DNA from: Glaucostegus cemiculus
Lineage: Eukaryota
DNA: 64,000 bases
Direction of reading: 5' to 3'
NCBI GenBank assembly: GCA_976551045.1
Contig: CDPCPM010000114.1
Span: 24,056,001-24,120,000, forward strand
Shown piece after piece: positions 12,285 through 25,829 of the stretch. The position numbers and the translations under genes are program-made. Within the stretch, counting starts at the first letter, position 1, and each line of letters starts with the position of its first letter. Under the pieces are notes generated by a model, which was given only the letters and a program-made list of their open reading frames with translations, made no database searches and was not told the DNA's origin.

Positions 12285-13050
12285 TAGACACACGAGACTG
12301 CAAATGCTGGAATCCGGAGCAAAAAGACAAACTGCTGGAGGAACTCAGTGGGTCAGGCAGCATCTGTGGAGGCAAAGGGATAGTCAATATTTCTGGTTGA
12401 GACCAGATATCAGAACTGAGAATGTGAAGGGGAGAAAGCTAGCATAAAGAGGTGAGGGGGTGGAGTCAGGCAGCAAAAGCTGGATCCAGGTGAGGAGGGG
12501 TTAAAGGACAGATGAAGCACCCTCACTGTTCCTTTCTCTCTCCTTCTGAACCTCCTAAGTCTTCTCTCACACACCCTTCTTTCCAGGGCCCCTACCAGCC
12601 CTCTGTTACCCAGTTTCTATCCCCTTCAATACCTGGCTCCATCTGCCTATCACCCACATACTCAACGTGCTGGTCCCCTAAACCCTCACACTACTGTCCC
12701 ATCTGCCCGTCCGTTCCTTACCTGCTTCCACTCACCACCTTCCTTTCCTATCAGATTCCATAATCTGCAGCCCTTTGTTGTCTCCACCAATCACCTCCCA
12801 GCCTCTGCTGCTGTCTCCATCCTCCCCTCCCCACCTGACTCCATCTGTCCATTAATCCCTCCTCTCCTGGAGCCACCTATTGCTTGTCAGCTCTTGCCCC
12901 ACCCCTTCCCCTCGCCCTTTTGTATTGTCTATCTTCCCTTTAAACTCTGTCCTGATGTAGGCTCTCGACCTGAAATGTCGACCATCCCTTTACCCCCGTA
13001 GATACTGCCTAACCCATTAAGTTCCTCCAGCAGCTCTTTTTTTTTTTGCA
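12285..13050. mobile_element. Penelope-derived element with inverted arms, each carrying a decayed hammerhead-like core
   Basis: Left arm gctggaggaactcagtgggtcaggcagcatct... is the reverse complement of right arm ...gatactgcctaacccattaagttcctccagc. Cores at 12381-12418 (-) and ~12947-12984 (+). Confidence 0.75.
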
Positions 13051-13179
13051 CCACATGCATCCCAGTGCTTCAAAACTATCCCCTTCCTTGGTCCCTATCC
13101 CTTCATGCTGTTTGTTTGAAATCCAACCTTGCATGAATAAAAACAAATGTGGCAGAGTTCATAGTAAAGGTGGTGGAGG

Positions 13180-13820
13180 GAATGGCAATTAAGAATTGCC
13201 TTATCCTGGATGGCCTTGAACTTGAAGCATCTATAGAGTTATTATATTCACCCAGCTAAGTGGAGTACTTCATTGGGTTCCCAAAAGGTAGTGGAAGACT
13301 TTGGGACTCTGGAGGTGAACTATGACACAGAATATATGACTTCTTCACTAAATGGTACAAAATATGGTGCATTCAACAAATATCCCTACTTTTGAACTTG
13401 TCATGGAGAGAAGGTGAATCAATTCATGATGGCTCATTCTGGCCTGCTGCGTTTTGGAGGGTGGAGGTGACTAAGTTCCAACAGTGGCAACCTTATTCTT
13501 TGGGCAAAATATGACTCCAGTCAGTGTAGAGAAATCCCCTTGTTTCCATTGACTTTGCTGTGATGTCTTGATGTCTAGGGCAGTTACTATTATTTTACCT
13601 TGGAACTCCGCTCTTGTTTATGTTTTTGGAATAAGCCTGTTATGAGGTCGGAGGCCAAGTGTTATTTCAAGAATTCAAATAGGGCATTGGTAAGCCAATT
13701 ATTGATCAGTGCTGTTTGTTAGCACAGTCAATTGAGTATAGACTTGGTGAAGAGAAGGACTGGATTTGTTGGAAGCATGTACGTGGGTAATTTCCACATT
13801 GTTGGGTAAAAGCTAGTATT
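13180..13820 (-). mobile_element. Old CR1-clade LINE relic
   Basis: Degenerate; probably the lineage also seen at 29340-30480 and 61310-61960. Confidence 0.35.
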
Positions 13821-13864
13821 TTATCTGTAATAATGCATTTTGGCTCAACCCTGAGGTTGATTCA

Positions 13865-14220
13865 GAGGGTATGGACTAGTATCTGGGACAGTTCATTTGG
13901 TGAAGAGAGTTCAAATCCCACCATGGCAGTTGAGAAATTTAAATTCATCAAATTCAGTAAACATCTGAAACCAAATATTGTGGTATTGGTGACCATGAAA
14001 ATATCAGATTGTCCTTAAGAAATCTGTCTGGTTCACTAAAATCCTTCAAGGAAGGAAATGGGCCATCATTAACCAGTCGTGTCTATCTGTGACTCCAGGC
14101 CCACCAATGCAGCTGATTCTTGTATCCTCTAAAAGGCTCAGATTGCCACTTCAGGGGGCATTTAGGGATGGACAATAAATTTAAGCCTTACCACAGCATA
14201 AATATCCCATTAACAAATAT
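13865..14220 (+). mobile_element. tRNA-derived SINE (unnamed elasmobranch family); further copies ~17690-18000, ~32215-32375, ~34295-34750
   Basis: B-box-like gagttcaaatccc; shared blocks ctggttcact..ccttcaaggaaggaaat and gggatggacaataaat across the copies. Confidence 0.7.
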
Positions 14221-17200
14221 GTAAAACTAAATCTCAAGGCCTGTTATAGCTTTCATTTATTTGTGTGTGGCTGTCTCTGATCAGGAAAAAGTCAGCATAT
14301 TTTTGTATAGCACTAAACCTCACTGTTCACTAACGTGTACTTTGGCCATACATGACTGAATGTTTGTTCACAGAGATAAGGGGTATTTACAAGGATAATT
14401 GACTCTCTGTGATGTGTATATAATGTCAAGGTGCGAACTTGAAATCTTTATCGAAGTCCATTTTTTATAGGAAAATATGACTGATTGCTCAAGCAGTGCC
14501 CTATAGCTGGTACAGTGGCATCCCTTTGAACATTTTGCTTTTTGTACCATTTCTGTGCTTTGGTAAAGTTATCTTGATCAAGTGGAAGGGCAAATTAGTC
14601 TAATGACTTATTACAGTGCAATTAGTTTTTCTGTTAAGCAAATTTTTAAGAAAGCCATGTTGGATAGTTTAGAACTGATTGGTGTAAAATGGAATAACTG
14701 GCACATCTGTACATTAAAGAAACATTTTTCTTTTGGCACTCTTCTTTAGGAATGAATCAAACTATGGTTAATTTCTTTGTGGCATACTCCAAGAATGCAT
14801 CTTCTGTAAAAAAAAAAAGCTCTTCTCATTCTGCGTTTCTACCTGCCACTTTCACCTATTTGTTATCCTTTGCCCAAGTTGAGGTTCCAGAAATATTATT
14901 TCACAGCTAACAGAATGGGAAGGCAGACTAGTTTGCCAGAGTGCTGGATCACTAATGGGTTACTTGAGTGATTTGGCCCAGTTTTGTTCTGTTATTTAAA
15001 AGGATTGTGCTGGATCTGGTCAGTTGCCTGGATTTCCTGCCCATGATCCCACGTGCCCGCACTTTGCTGGATGAGATGTAAAGGGCCTGTGTCACTGATC
15101 CTTTGCACCCACATATCAGGTGCAGAGGTCCAGATGATGACTGGGCCTCCAGTGTTGCCTTCAGAACACCTTTTACTGGCTTTATCAGGAGGTAAAGCTG
15201 GGCGAAGAGCTTTGCTAGCTCTCAAACTTGTAGATGCTTTAAATATCTCTGACATTCGGACACATTTAAAAAAAATTAAAATTGAAGTAAATAACTAAAA
15301 TAAGAAAGCACTTAGCATTTAAAGTAAAATTAGCTAATTAAAAGAGTAAGTTTCCCATTTGCTTCCTAATCTGCAAGCATAGAATTCCTATTGGTGTTAT
15401 CAGAAATTCAGATCCTAGGCTAGGTCTGAATGGCATAAGAACTGGGAGGTGCTATCCCTAGCATAAATTAGAAATACCAGCAAATTTCTGTCATATCGCT
15501 GCACTGTGCAGCTTGAGTGCTAACACCTGGATGCTGGCATTTTCCCTTAATTACTATCCTCAGCCAACAAGATTCTTCCAATATTTAAAATGATCTGCAC
15601 TGAATCTAGTAGTACACATGATGCTATTCCAGTTTCCTTTCTCCAAATTCTGCAGCTAATTTTGGGAACTAGGTATGAGCCACAGAGAATATTGGCTCCT
15701 CAACACTGAGTGTTTGTCATGCTCCCTTTCCCACTGTTTCATTTCTGCACAGACACGGAGGTGGAGGGGGGTAGGAAACATAGACACTGTTTTGAACTGT
15801 GTAAAGAACTAGGTCCATGGTCGACACACAGACCATGTAGAGGTATCATAGATCCTCGAGTAAATCCTGATTCAGTGCTTAAATCACTTTTGATGGAGCA
15901 GGTCCAATAGTGTAATTATTTTGTGCTTGGATATTTATATGGGATTCTGTTTGCTTGATTAACAGAACTGGTGGTGTGTTTCAGCATAAAAACAAAAGCA
16001 TATGCATGAAGTTAAGGAGGTGGGTGGTCTAGTGAGGTGGAAACTAGGGAATCCCTGTGTCTAAAAATGTGCTGTGTTGGTAATGTCTGACAATTTGTAT
16101 CTGAATTAGAGTCTGAATCACTGTTTACCTGGGGTTTTACTTCTGAAACCTGTAGTAGATTGTGATGTGCGCTTTCTATAATATGGTAATTTGCAGTGAA
16201 TCTTATAACAGTATTCATCGTAAGAATTCTGTAAAACTCTCCGATGTTTGCATACTGAGCTCCCAAGTGAAAACCTGCAAGTCATTGAACCACCAATACA
16301 TAATCTCAATTGCCTTGTATTATCTTTCCTTGAAACATATCCAAGAACTAAGTTTGCTTTATATTTTTTTGTTGATGCATTCCATTGTTCAGATTTGCAT
16401 TATACAAATTCAGGTTTACTGCTGTCATATGTGCTGTGTAAATTCATGCAATCCTAGATTATGCAGTTAAAATAACCCAAGGGTAGATCATTAGTATGTT
16501 GCTGTGATTTGAGCTGAAAATCCACACCTTTCATTTGTAATTCAATCTTTTTGAAGATGGACAAACAGGTGATTCAGATGTGCCCAGATAAAATCAATTA
16601 AGCTGTTTTATTTCGCAGTATGATTATATAAAGAATTATAATATTATACTCGGGTACATTTTCCTCACGTCAGTGGATTGCCCGCTTGATTTAAGCAAAA
16701 TAACCAACTTGCAAGTTTTCCTTAAGTCTTCAGGAGGTTTTCACTTGCATATTTATGCTTTTAAAAACTCTCTCGCATTTTAACTTGTGAATTGATGACC
16801 AATCCCTTGTTAGAACAAAAAATCAGAGACGTTATGCAACACAACACAATAGTTGGGGCGTTAATGGATTAAAGAAGCAAATCAACAAATTATTTGTTAC
16901 GTTCAGTACCTAGGGATATGATAATAGCATCTTATTCATTCATGTCTTTTTAAAAGAAGAACTTTTCATGAATGCACTTTTTGTTGAGGCACAACTCAAA
17001 TGTAATTCTCTTTCTAAAACTTAAGGGGAAAACCTTTAAAGATGCTGACATGTAAGTTTATTTATTGTAATTAGCTTGACTATCTATTTCCTTTCTCTTC
17101 AGGCCCCCCCCCCCCCACCCCACCCCATTTGACCATTATAATAACATCCAATTCCCTGTAAATAAGGTTCTGTATATCAGCCTTCCCTTTCACAGAGCAC

Positions 17201-17689
17201 TTTTCTATTTTGGTTAATTACTCTTTGATTCCTCAAGTGTTTCAGTTCTCCTATTAAAGTTGTATCATAGTTTCTGGAAATCTATCATATGAAATTCATT
17301 GTAATTCCTCCCTCCTGCAACCTTTGAAACAGCCCCCTATGCATCTATAAGATAGATTGCTATGTATCAAAAAAATGTATTAATATAGACAAGTGGGTGT
17401 CACTGATAATGCCAGTATTTACTGTATAAACCTAATTGTTTTTGGTGAGTTGATTTCACCTGCTGAAGGTCAAGGTAATTCCCTTAGTACCTCTAGATAT
17501 GAAGTTCCAGGATTTTGACCCAGTCAATAAAATGGTATATTTTGCAAGTCAGGATGGAATTGACGTTCCCCTGTGTCTCATGCGCTGTCCTTCTACAAGG
17601 TAGATGTTGTAGGTTAAGGAGGTGTTATGAAAAAGCTATTTTTCCTGTAATTGGGTATTGAAGCTTAACGTGTAGAAGTGAATGTAGTG

Positions 17690-18000
17690 ATTAGACTGGT
17701 GGACCAGTGGCAGAGTTGTGGACCACTGTACCAGAAACACAAGTTTGAATCCCACCATGGCTGAGGGGATATTAACTTTAAATAATATTTATAAAATGTT
17801 AGTCTTTGTAGTGACAATCTTAGAACTACTGGATTGTTATTAAAAACTGAACTGGTTCATTATTGTTCTTCAAGGAAAGAAATCTGCCATTCCTACCCAG
17901 TCTGGACCTACTGTGGGATGACTCTTACCTGCCTCATTTCAGGGGCACCTGGGGATGGACAATAAATGCTGGCATTTCCAGTAACACTCATATCCCATGT
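17690..18000 (+). mobile_element. Second copy of the same SINE family
   Basis: gtttgaatcccaccatggc...ctggttcat...cttcaaggaaagaaatctgccat...gggatggacaataaatgctggc. Confidence 0.7.
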
Positions 18001-18229
18001 TTCACACCAATTCATGGTGATCCATAAAAAACATTTTAAAAACTGCAGATGCTGGAATTCTGAAATAAAAACTACCGGTAATGGTCAGTAGATAAAGCAT
18101 TATCTGTGAAAAGAGAAACGAGTAATATTTTGGTTAAAGCCCCTTCATCTTATTTGAGTAGCCTTCCCAGTCTCCTATGGAATGCCATCCAGTGCACTGG
18201 AAAGCACTAATGACAAGTGTCCAGATTTC

Positions 18230-18700
18230 TACATTCACTTGACAGAGTTACACATGAAAGGCTATTACTTGCACACAAAACTATGGGGATCCAGGTAAAC
18301 CTTGGTAAGTGAATAAGAAACTGGCTGCAGGTTAGAAAGGAAAATGCCTTCATTAGAGGAATTAGGAAGTGGAGGAGTGGTGAATGTAATCTGTGTTAAA
18401 GTCTGAAAGTTTAGGCTACTGTTTCTAATTTATATTACTGACTTAACTAGGCTGCAATGCTTTTTAAATGCAAGCTTGCTGTTACAAACCCAGGAGAGGC
18501 ATCGGATTGAAACACAGTTCAGAAATTACAGAACAACCTGCAGTAACTATTTGTTTTTTTGGTGGGGGGGGGGGGGGGATAAAATGAGGAAGATGAATGT
18601 TAATGCAGTGAAAGTATACAGGAATGAAATAAAGTTGCACACAAACTCCAGCAAGTGCACAGAAATAGCTCAAGATATACTTAAAAAGAATGGGGATCGT
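18230..18700 (+). mobile_element. Degraded CR1 RT fragment
   Basis: Remnant of the FD.V.H.RLL...GI.G....WI.NWL..RK pattern. Confidence 0.5.
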
Positions 18701-18789
18701 AATACATTTGATGCTTAATGTTCAACCTACGCAGAGCAATGATCAACGAGACCTAATATCAATAAATATTATTAACTTAAATCGGCCAA

Positions 18790-19085
18790 GTCTCAGTCAG
18801 TGCTACTTTTGCCTCTGAGCCCACAAGGTTGTGAATCTATGGCCACACTCCAAAGACTCCAGCACAGAAATCTAGGCCAGGTTGAGATGTTAAAACCAAA
18901 GCCCCATCTGTTCTCCCAGCTGGACTGCCATGGCATTTTTTCTTGAATAAAAACAGGGATTTCATCCCTTATATCGGTTAATCAACATTTTAAAAATAGA
19001 TTACCTAGTTATTCTGTGCACAAGTGGTTGTTATGCTTTTTACATCTCATCAGTGACTTCAGAAAGGGATTTCATCAGTTAATTG
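18790..19085 (+). mobile_element. Deu-domain SINE (SacSINE1-like), degraded
   Basis: ttgcctctgag..aaggttgtg..ccacactccaaagact..agcac..aatctaggc..gagatgttaaa..gccccatctg..ccatggcat blocks. Confidence 0.6.
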
Positions 19086-19439
19086 TGGGAGATAGAGAAA
19101 AGGTGAATTTGATCCCAGTTCTAAGGGGGTGTAGATAATGAAATGGTTACTGCTATTGTGATTAACTCTGCTTTCAAGATGGAGTAATAAGGTTGCTCAT
19201 TAATATGGCACATTTGACATATCAACATGCTCCAGAGTTCTTCAAACCCATGTTATCAAAGAAAATTTGATGCAGAACCACAGATATTAGGACAGGTGTT
19301 AAGGTGTGGTAGGTTTTGCAGAGCATCTCAGAAGGAGAGAGGTCATAAAGAGCTTAGAGAGGGAATTCTAGAGCTTGGGGAAATAAGTATACAAGAAACA
19401 TTGCTGCTGCATATCTTTTACATGACAGCTAAATTCATA

Positions 19440-19660
19440 CTCGTATAGCACAGAAACAGGCCCTTTGGCCCACCATGTCCAATCGTTGCATCCATCTATA
19501 CTAATCCCATTCACCCACATTAGGTCCATAATCTTCTGTCCCTTGGTGATTCAAGTTGCTGTTCTAGATACTTTAAATATTGTGAGTATATCTGCCTCTA
19601 TCACCTACTTGGGCAGCACATTCCAGATTCCAACCACTGTCCATGTAAATAACCTAACAA
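19440..19660 (-). mobile_element. CR1 3' tail fragment
   Basis: agcacagaaacaggccctttggcccaccatgtcc terminal motif. Confidence 0.7.
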
Positions 19661-20869
19661 GATCCCAGTGACTGAAAAGCCCGACTATTACACTTTTTTT
19701 TCATTTAGCCTCAGTTTTTGACTGGGCTCTTTACAGCCTTCTGTCCTTATAACTTTGCCTTAATGAAAGTTCCTATTTTCTCTCTCTCTAACAATGTGGG
19801 ATGATGGCTACCTATGTTTTCAGAAATAGGAGCAGCAAGTAGGTTAATGTTAGGGTGTTAGGACCGCCACCCTATCTTCCCCTCATGCATCAGTGGAATG
19901 AACCATTCCTTTTGGACCTTCTCCTTCCATAAACTTTTGGGCCATTCGAGCCTGCTTCACTTTGCCTGACTTTCACATTTTTAATTACATTTGTTATTTG
20001 TATTTCCTCTCTTCAAGGACTCTGTCTTGTAAATGATTTGATGTCACTCATTTTGTTTCCTGGGCCTGTCACTCCTATCCTTTAACCAATTTGCGAATCC
20101 CATCTTCGTATCTTTTTGTGTGGTCTTTCTGATTGCACCTGTTTCCCCTTTCCTCTCTGTTTCTTCTTCCTTAATTGCTATTTATCGATATATCCTTCGC
20201 TTCTGCTTGAAGATTTTATAACTTGAACCGCAATTGTGTTATATTTTATGCACTGATATTACCTGATTTGTTGAGTATCTCCCAGCATTTTGTGTTTCAG
20301 ATTCTCAGTATTATCAATTTGTTCTTGTTCCATTCTATTTAAAGCTGTACTAAAGCCTTTGAATGTGATTGGGCAGGTTTGGGACACTTACTGCAGAAAT
20401 TCTTCAGTACGTTTAAGCTTGATACTAACCAGATTACACGTGTTGGGCAAAAAAAGAGGACTTCAACCATGTACAATTGTTACATCAAATTAGTGAAAGC
20501 CTTTTCCTGAATAAATGTTTCACATTATTATGGCTTGCAAGAAATAAGCTTTTCTGTCAACTAATTCATTCTATTTGCCGTATTCAAATAATTGTCTTTC
20601 TTCTCCTCTGTAATTATTTGACCTTAAAATGATCTGCTTGTTTTAACCTAAACAAGTCATTTGATAGTGTGGTATTTATAGCCACTCAGAGGGCAAAAGA
20701 CAATGAGCATGAGGTGAATAAAATAAAAACCCTGCATCCTTTAGTGTGTTTTTTCACTTGTATATGAGGATACAGTTCTGGTTTATAAGTAATTTTGATC
20801 TGCCTATGGAAGGTTTTTTTCCCTAGGAATATGATGTGGAGGGATCCAAATTATAACATCAGTGTTGAT

Positions 20870-21335
20870 CAACAAGATGTTATTAAACTGGAAACAATGC
20901 AGAAAATAGTTACATGTATGTTGCCAGGACTTTAGCGATTGTTATAGGGAGAGGTTGGACAGGCTAGGACTTTATTCCCTGGTGTGTAGGAAACTAAGAT
21001 GATTTTATAAAGGTGTATAAGATTATGAGGGGCATAGATAGGGTGAATGCACTCGGTCTTTTTCCCAGGGTTGGGGAATCAAGAACTAGAGAGCATAGTT
21101 TTGTGAGAGTGGAAAGGCTTAATGGAACTTGAGGGGCAACTTTTTTTTACACAAAGGGAGGTACTTATGTGGAATGGTCTGCCAAAGGAAGTGGTTAAGG
21201 CAAGTACAATAACAACTTCTAAAAGACAGTTGGACAGGTATGTGGATTGGAAGGGTTTAGAAGGTTATGGACCAAATGCTTTCAAATGGGACTAGCTTGG
21301 ATGGGGCATCTTGGGAAGCATGGACCAGTTGACTT
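20870..21335 (+). mobile_element. CR1 3' fragment
   Basis: KDVIKLE..Q....MLPGL / YRERL.RLGL / VYKIMRG.DRV / FFTQR remnant plus tail. Confidence 0.85.
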
Positions 21336-23747
21336 TATAACACTTGGCAAGATAGACCTGTGTTAATACCTGGACAGTATTGTAAATTATAATAAGTGTG
21401 GAAGGAGCAATAGTTCCACCCATTTGGGACTCTAGAAGTATCATATATTGTCTGGCTTGCTGGATTAATGCTTATTCTGTTTCCAGCTGCATTCTGCAGG
21501 TAATTTTCATCTATGGTTGAGATGTTTGTCTCACTGGGAAAGGGGTTTTGCCTTTTGAAGAATTCATAGAAAATCTTCGGTGAAAAATGTGGATTTAACA
21601 GAATTGTTTTGATACCACCACATTTCTGCTCAATTACTGATTAATGTTTTGTGGGTAGTGGTGGGAAAGTGAGTTTGGAGGCTGGGAAGAAGTTGAGATC
21701 ATAACTATAGTAAATCAGTGTGATAAGAAATTATCGCTCATTTGATTATTTTATTGATGTGTGTGCACTTTGACCCTATATTAGTTGTAATAGGCAGCAT
21801 GTTAATAGTGTCTAGGTGGGTTGATAACTATGCAGAAATCACCAACTTCAAAACCTATGTTCCAAGGTGTTATTGGATCCCTTGTGGATTTAACTGATTT
21901 TTCTGCCTCCTGTATCTTGCTACCTTAAACTGGCACAGTGACGTGGCTCAAAGGCTACCACTTCTCCATTCCGCAAAGCATTGGTTTAGTTACAAAAATA
22001 TTTAGATTTGCTTTTGAGGTAAGCTGATGAAAGAGTGTAGGACTACATCAGAACAGATTAGCAAGTGGGGATTTCTCAGTTCAACTAAGTGAGCATTTTT
22101 TTAATTGAAAGCGATCAAATGCTATAAAAATTGGTAATTTTTCTTTGTGGATAAATAGCAACCTGATGTAGGATGAGGAAAATTCATGCTGAGGCTCTCT
22201 ACAATAATGTTTCACACCTCATCAGCACTAAGTATTAAAGCCATAAAACTGAATGCATTGTTTGGTAACCTGAAAACAGTGTCACGGTAAAATTAGCTAT
22301 TTGTTATAACTAAGTATTGAGCACTAAAAAGGGCATGGGATCAGGATGGAGCCAAATAAGCCCTTTAAGAAGACTGGTGACGTGATATATTAAGGCGCTT
22401 GCATTATCTTTAGTCCGATTACTTAAATGACTTCTAAAATAGGTTATTGTTGGCTTCCAGAAATAAATTGGATATAGGACTCTCAAGCTCTTTCACATTA
22501 TTCTCTCCCCTGAGAGATTTTTTTAATGACCTCCTAAGTTTACCATTACCTAGCTAATTTAGTTAAGGTGCATTAAAAATGCTTAAGGGAGGTTATCTTC
22601 ATCATTCACGCTTTGTTTTGTCATTTTGTTCATAATATAGTGCCACTGCCTGCTTTTGCTATGGAATGAATTCCTCACTGGGTCTTCACGTGCCCAGATG
22701 TAATTTGTTTTTCATTAAGGTGGGTATAAACCTTGGTTTGTGGACCAATTGTTCTGTGAACCCAGCCATTTGTACATGGCATTTTACCACATCGTTTGTC
22801 CTCCTTGAATTTCATTGGCTTGGGCATTTGGGAAGAACTGTTGCCTCTGCGATCAGGTCATTTAAAATTCTTTATATCAGTAGTTTGACATATGCATATT
22901 AATGGATTCTTAAAACCTTGTGTGGTATCCAAAGACTTCTCGGGTGTGAACCTAAGTGGTCCTTGAAGGCAAAGAGCATAGATATTCTTATTTTAGAAGG
23001 AAACGGTGCACATTGTTTGCAGCCCCTGCTACCTGGAAATGCATGTTCAATCTCCAGCTATTGGACTGCAGCCAAGTTCAAATGATTCCAGAATGTGAGC
23101 CTGATAACCAAATCTGAATGAGCTTGGCAGACTTCATTTTCCCATGCTTCATTTCCAAACCAATCTCCAAGACAGTATTGAACTTGTCAGAGCTGTCTTT
23201 TATCTACCTCTTACAAAAATCACTGCAAATCAATCCTGAAATTATAAGTCAGTCAATTTAAGACACTATTTGAATATTCCTTATTGCTTTTACTTATTTT
23301 CTTATGTGAATGAATAAACAAGTGCTACATTACCAGCTCATTATTCCCTTTCATTAGATCTAATGATACAGCTGGTACGATTCACAATCTCTTGTATATA
23401 TTCTGCCAATTAGATCTGATATCTCAAACCATCAGTTGTTTCCTGAAATTTTTATCTGCTGATAGTTCTCATGAATTTGTTATTAGAGTTATAAAATCCA
23501 ACTTTTATTGTTATAGAAAAATATTATTGCTCTTTTTGATTTTCCAATGCCTGGCAATTTTGGTCCTTTGCCAAATCATGCACTCAGAGCTTTCTCTTAT
23601 ATCATCCGGATACTGTTTGATTTGAATAAATATTCGCTTTATGGTTCAATTTTCTGCTCCATTTCTAACCTCCATAATTAAAAAAAACTTTTATTTGGTT
23701 GAAATCAAATTTTATTTTTACTTGGCTTATGATGACATTCAAACCAT

Positions 23748-24363
23748 GTTGCAAGCAGGTGGATAGGGTAGTTAAGAAAGCATATGGGATGTTAGCTTTC
23801 ATAAGTCATGGGATCAAGTTTAAGAGCCGTGAAGTAATGATGGAGCTTTACAAAACTCTGGTTAGACCACACTTAGAGTACTGTGTCTATTTCTGGTCAC
23901 CTCATTATAGGAAGGATGTGGAGGCATTGGATTGGAAAGTATGGATTATGAGGAGAGACTAAAGGAGCTTAGGGCTTTACTCATTGGAGAGAAGGAGGAT
24001 GAGGGTAGACATGATAGAGGTATACAAAATATTAAGAGGAATGGACAGCCAGTGCCTCTTTCCCAGGGCACCGATGCTCAATACAAGAGGGCATGGCTTT
24101 AAGGTAATGGGTGGGAGGTTCAAGAGAGATGTCAGAGAGAGGTTTATCACCCAGAGAGTGGTTGGTGCATGGAATGTGCTGCATGGGGTGGTGGTGGAGG
24201 CTGATATGTTGGTTAAGTTCAAGAGATTGTTAGATAAGCATATGGAGGAATTTAAGATAGAGGGATATGTGGAAGGAAGGGGTTAGATAGTCTCAGGTGT
24301 GGTTTGAAGGTCGGCACAACATGGTGAGCTGAAGGGCCTGTACTGTGCTGTATTGTTCTATGG
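23748..24363 (+). mobile_element. CR1 3' fragment (relatively young)
   Basis: ORFs LYKTLVRPHLEYCVYFWSPHYRKD and ERRRMRVDMIEVYKI...TRGHGFK...TQRVVGAWN; gggcctgtactgtgctgtattgttctatg tail. Confidence 0.92.
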
Positions 24364-25829
24364 AAATTCAGAGAGTGAGTCTTGATCGGAACTTTCTATC
24401 ATCCTGTGACCCTGCAAGTTTGTGTTTGTTCTTTGCCATTTACTCTAGATTAGTCTTGCCTTCAGCTTAGTTATTTGCCATGTTCAGCTGATGCAAGTTG
24501 ATCACTGTTATCTTTATGCTGGTATTCTCTAGTTATGGAGGATTGATCAAATTACCTGCAACTACTCCTCTGTCTACTTCACTACCCGTTCCTATTTAAT
24601 CCATGAATGTTGCTTTTTCGTGACATGGTCTGCTAACAATCTGCTCACCATTGTTTTACCTTCCTTGAATTCTAGCCTTCAACACTTCGTGGTCATTATT
24701 GTATTGGACAGGATCTGGAATTGTGTATGTATTGTTGCCTGGCTTTGGACCAAACTCATCATACCTGTCCTCATCTGGCTTCTCTGTAGATTGTAGCTCT
24801 TAACTTTTTCTTCTATTGAACTTGCAGTGGCTTCACAGAGACCCACTTTCCATCAAGTCACATAATCAATCTCTTTGTAATACCAAATTCAAACATTGCT
24901 GACCACCTGCTTTGTGCTTTGAAATGATCATATTTCTGGGGAATTTAACTTCTTCCTTAAACTTCTGATTTATCTTAAATTATTCTTAACTGTCATTGTT
25001 TCTGCCCTCACTGTCCACTCAAATGGAGCTTTCACTCTTATGGAAGTTTCCTTCAAGGTCTTTTTCTCTTTTTGAGATGTTAATGGGAAAGAGTGGGTTT
25101 AGGAGGTGATAAATGTATGTCTATGGAAGTGTTGTATCATGCTGGGAAACATTAGGCTAGTTGAAGGTTGCCATATGACCAAGAGGAGGAGTGGCAGGAT
25201 GGGGGTAGTTGATGCTGCAGCCAGTCAAGGTGCTACTTCTAGGTCTGTATGAAGAGTTTTGCAGAGCAGTGGAGGTAACATTTGAAGAAACATTAGCTTG
25301 GGCTTTCTATTTGGGTCTCTAATTCTAGTCAAGCAACTAAGAGTGGTCACCCATTTACTGTGGTAAAGGTAACTTCATTCTTGTAGTTTATAAAACTGTT
25401 TAAAGATGTAAAGGTTCCCAGATATATACAAAAGATGAAGCTTAGAAGAGTAATTCCAAGTGAAGAGAGGGACTAGTATTAAGTTGCATTGTGTTGACTG
25501 CAAGGCTGTTTTCTGAAAGCAAAACCACGGGCCTCATAAAGATTCATCCTGTAGATTACGCAGTTGTTTTCTGAAAACCACCATGCTCTCAGTGACTGAG
25601 CACAATTATGTGGTTGGAGGAAAGTAATTCTGTTCACTTTCTGGTAGTGTTTTAGAATTTCTCATTTTGACCCTATGTTCTTTTCACCACAAAGCATTCA
25701 TCAATTTTACATTTCGTCTCTGTCTTCACTTCACCTACCTCTGCTTCTGCAGTCTTTATTTGCTGGGAATGAATTACACAGCTTGTGCAGTGTACAGGTA
25801 CAGCACAGCAGCAGCACCCAAATATTTAA

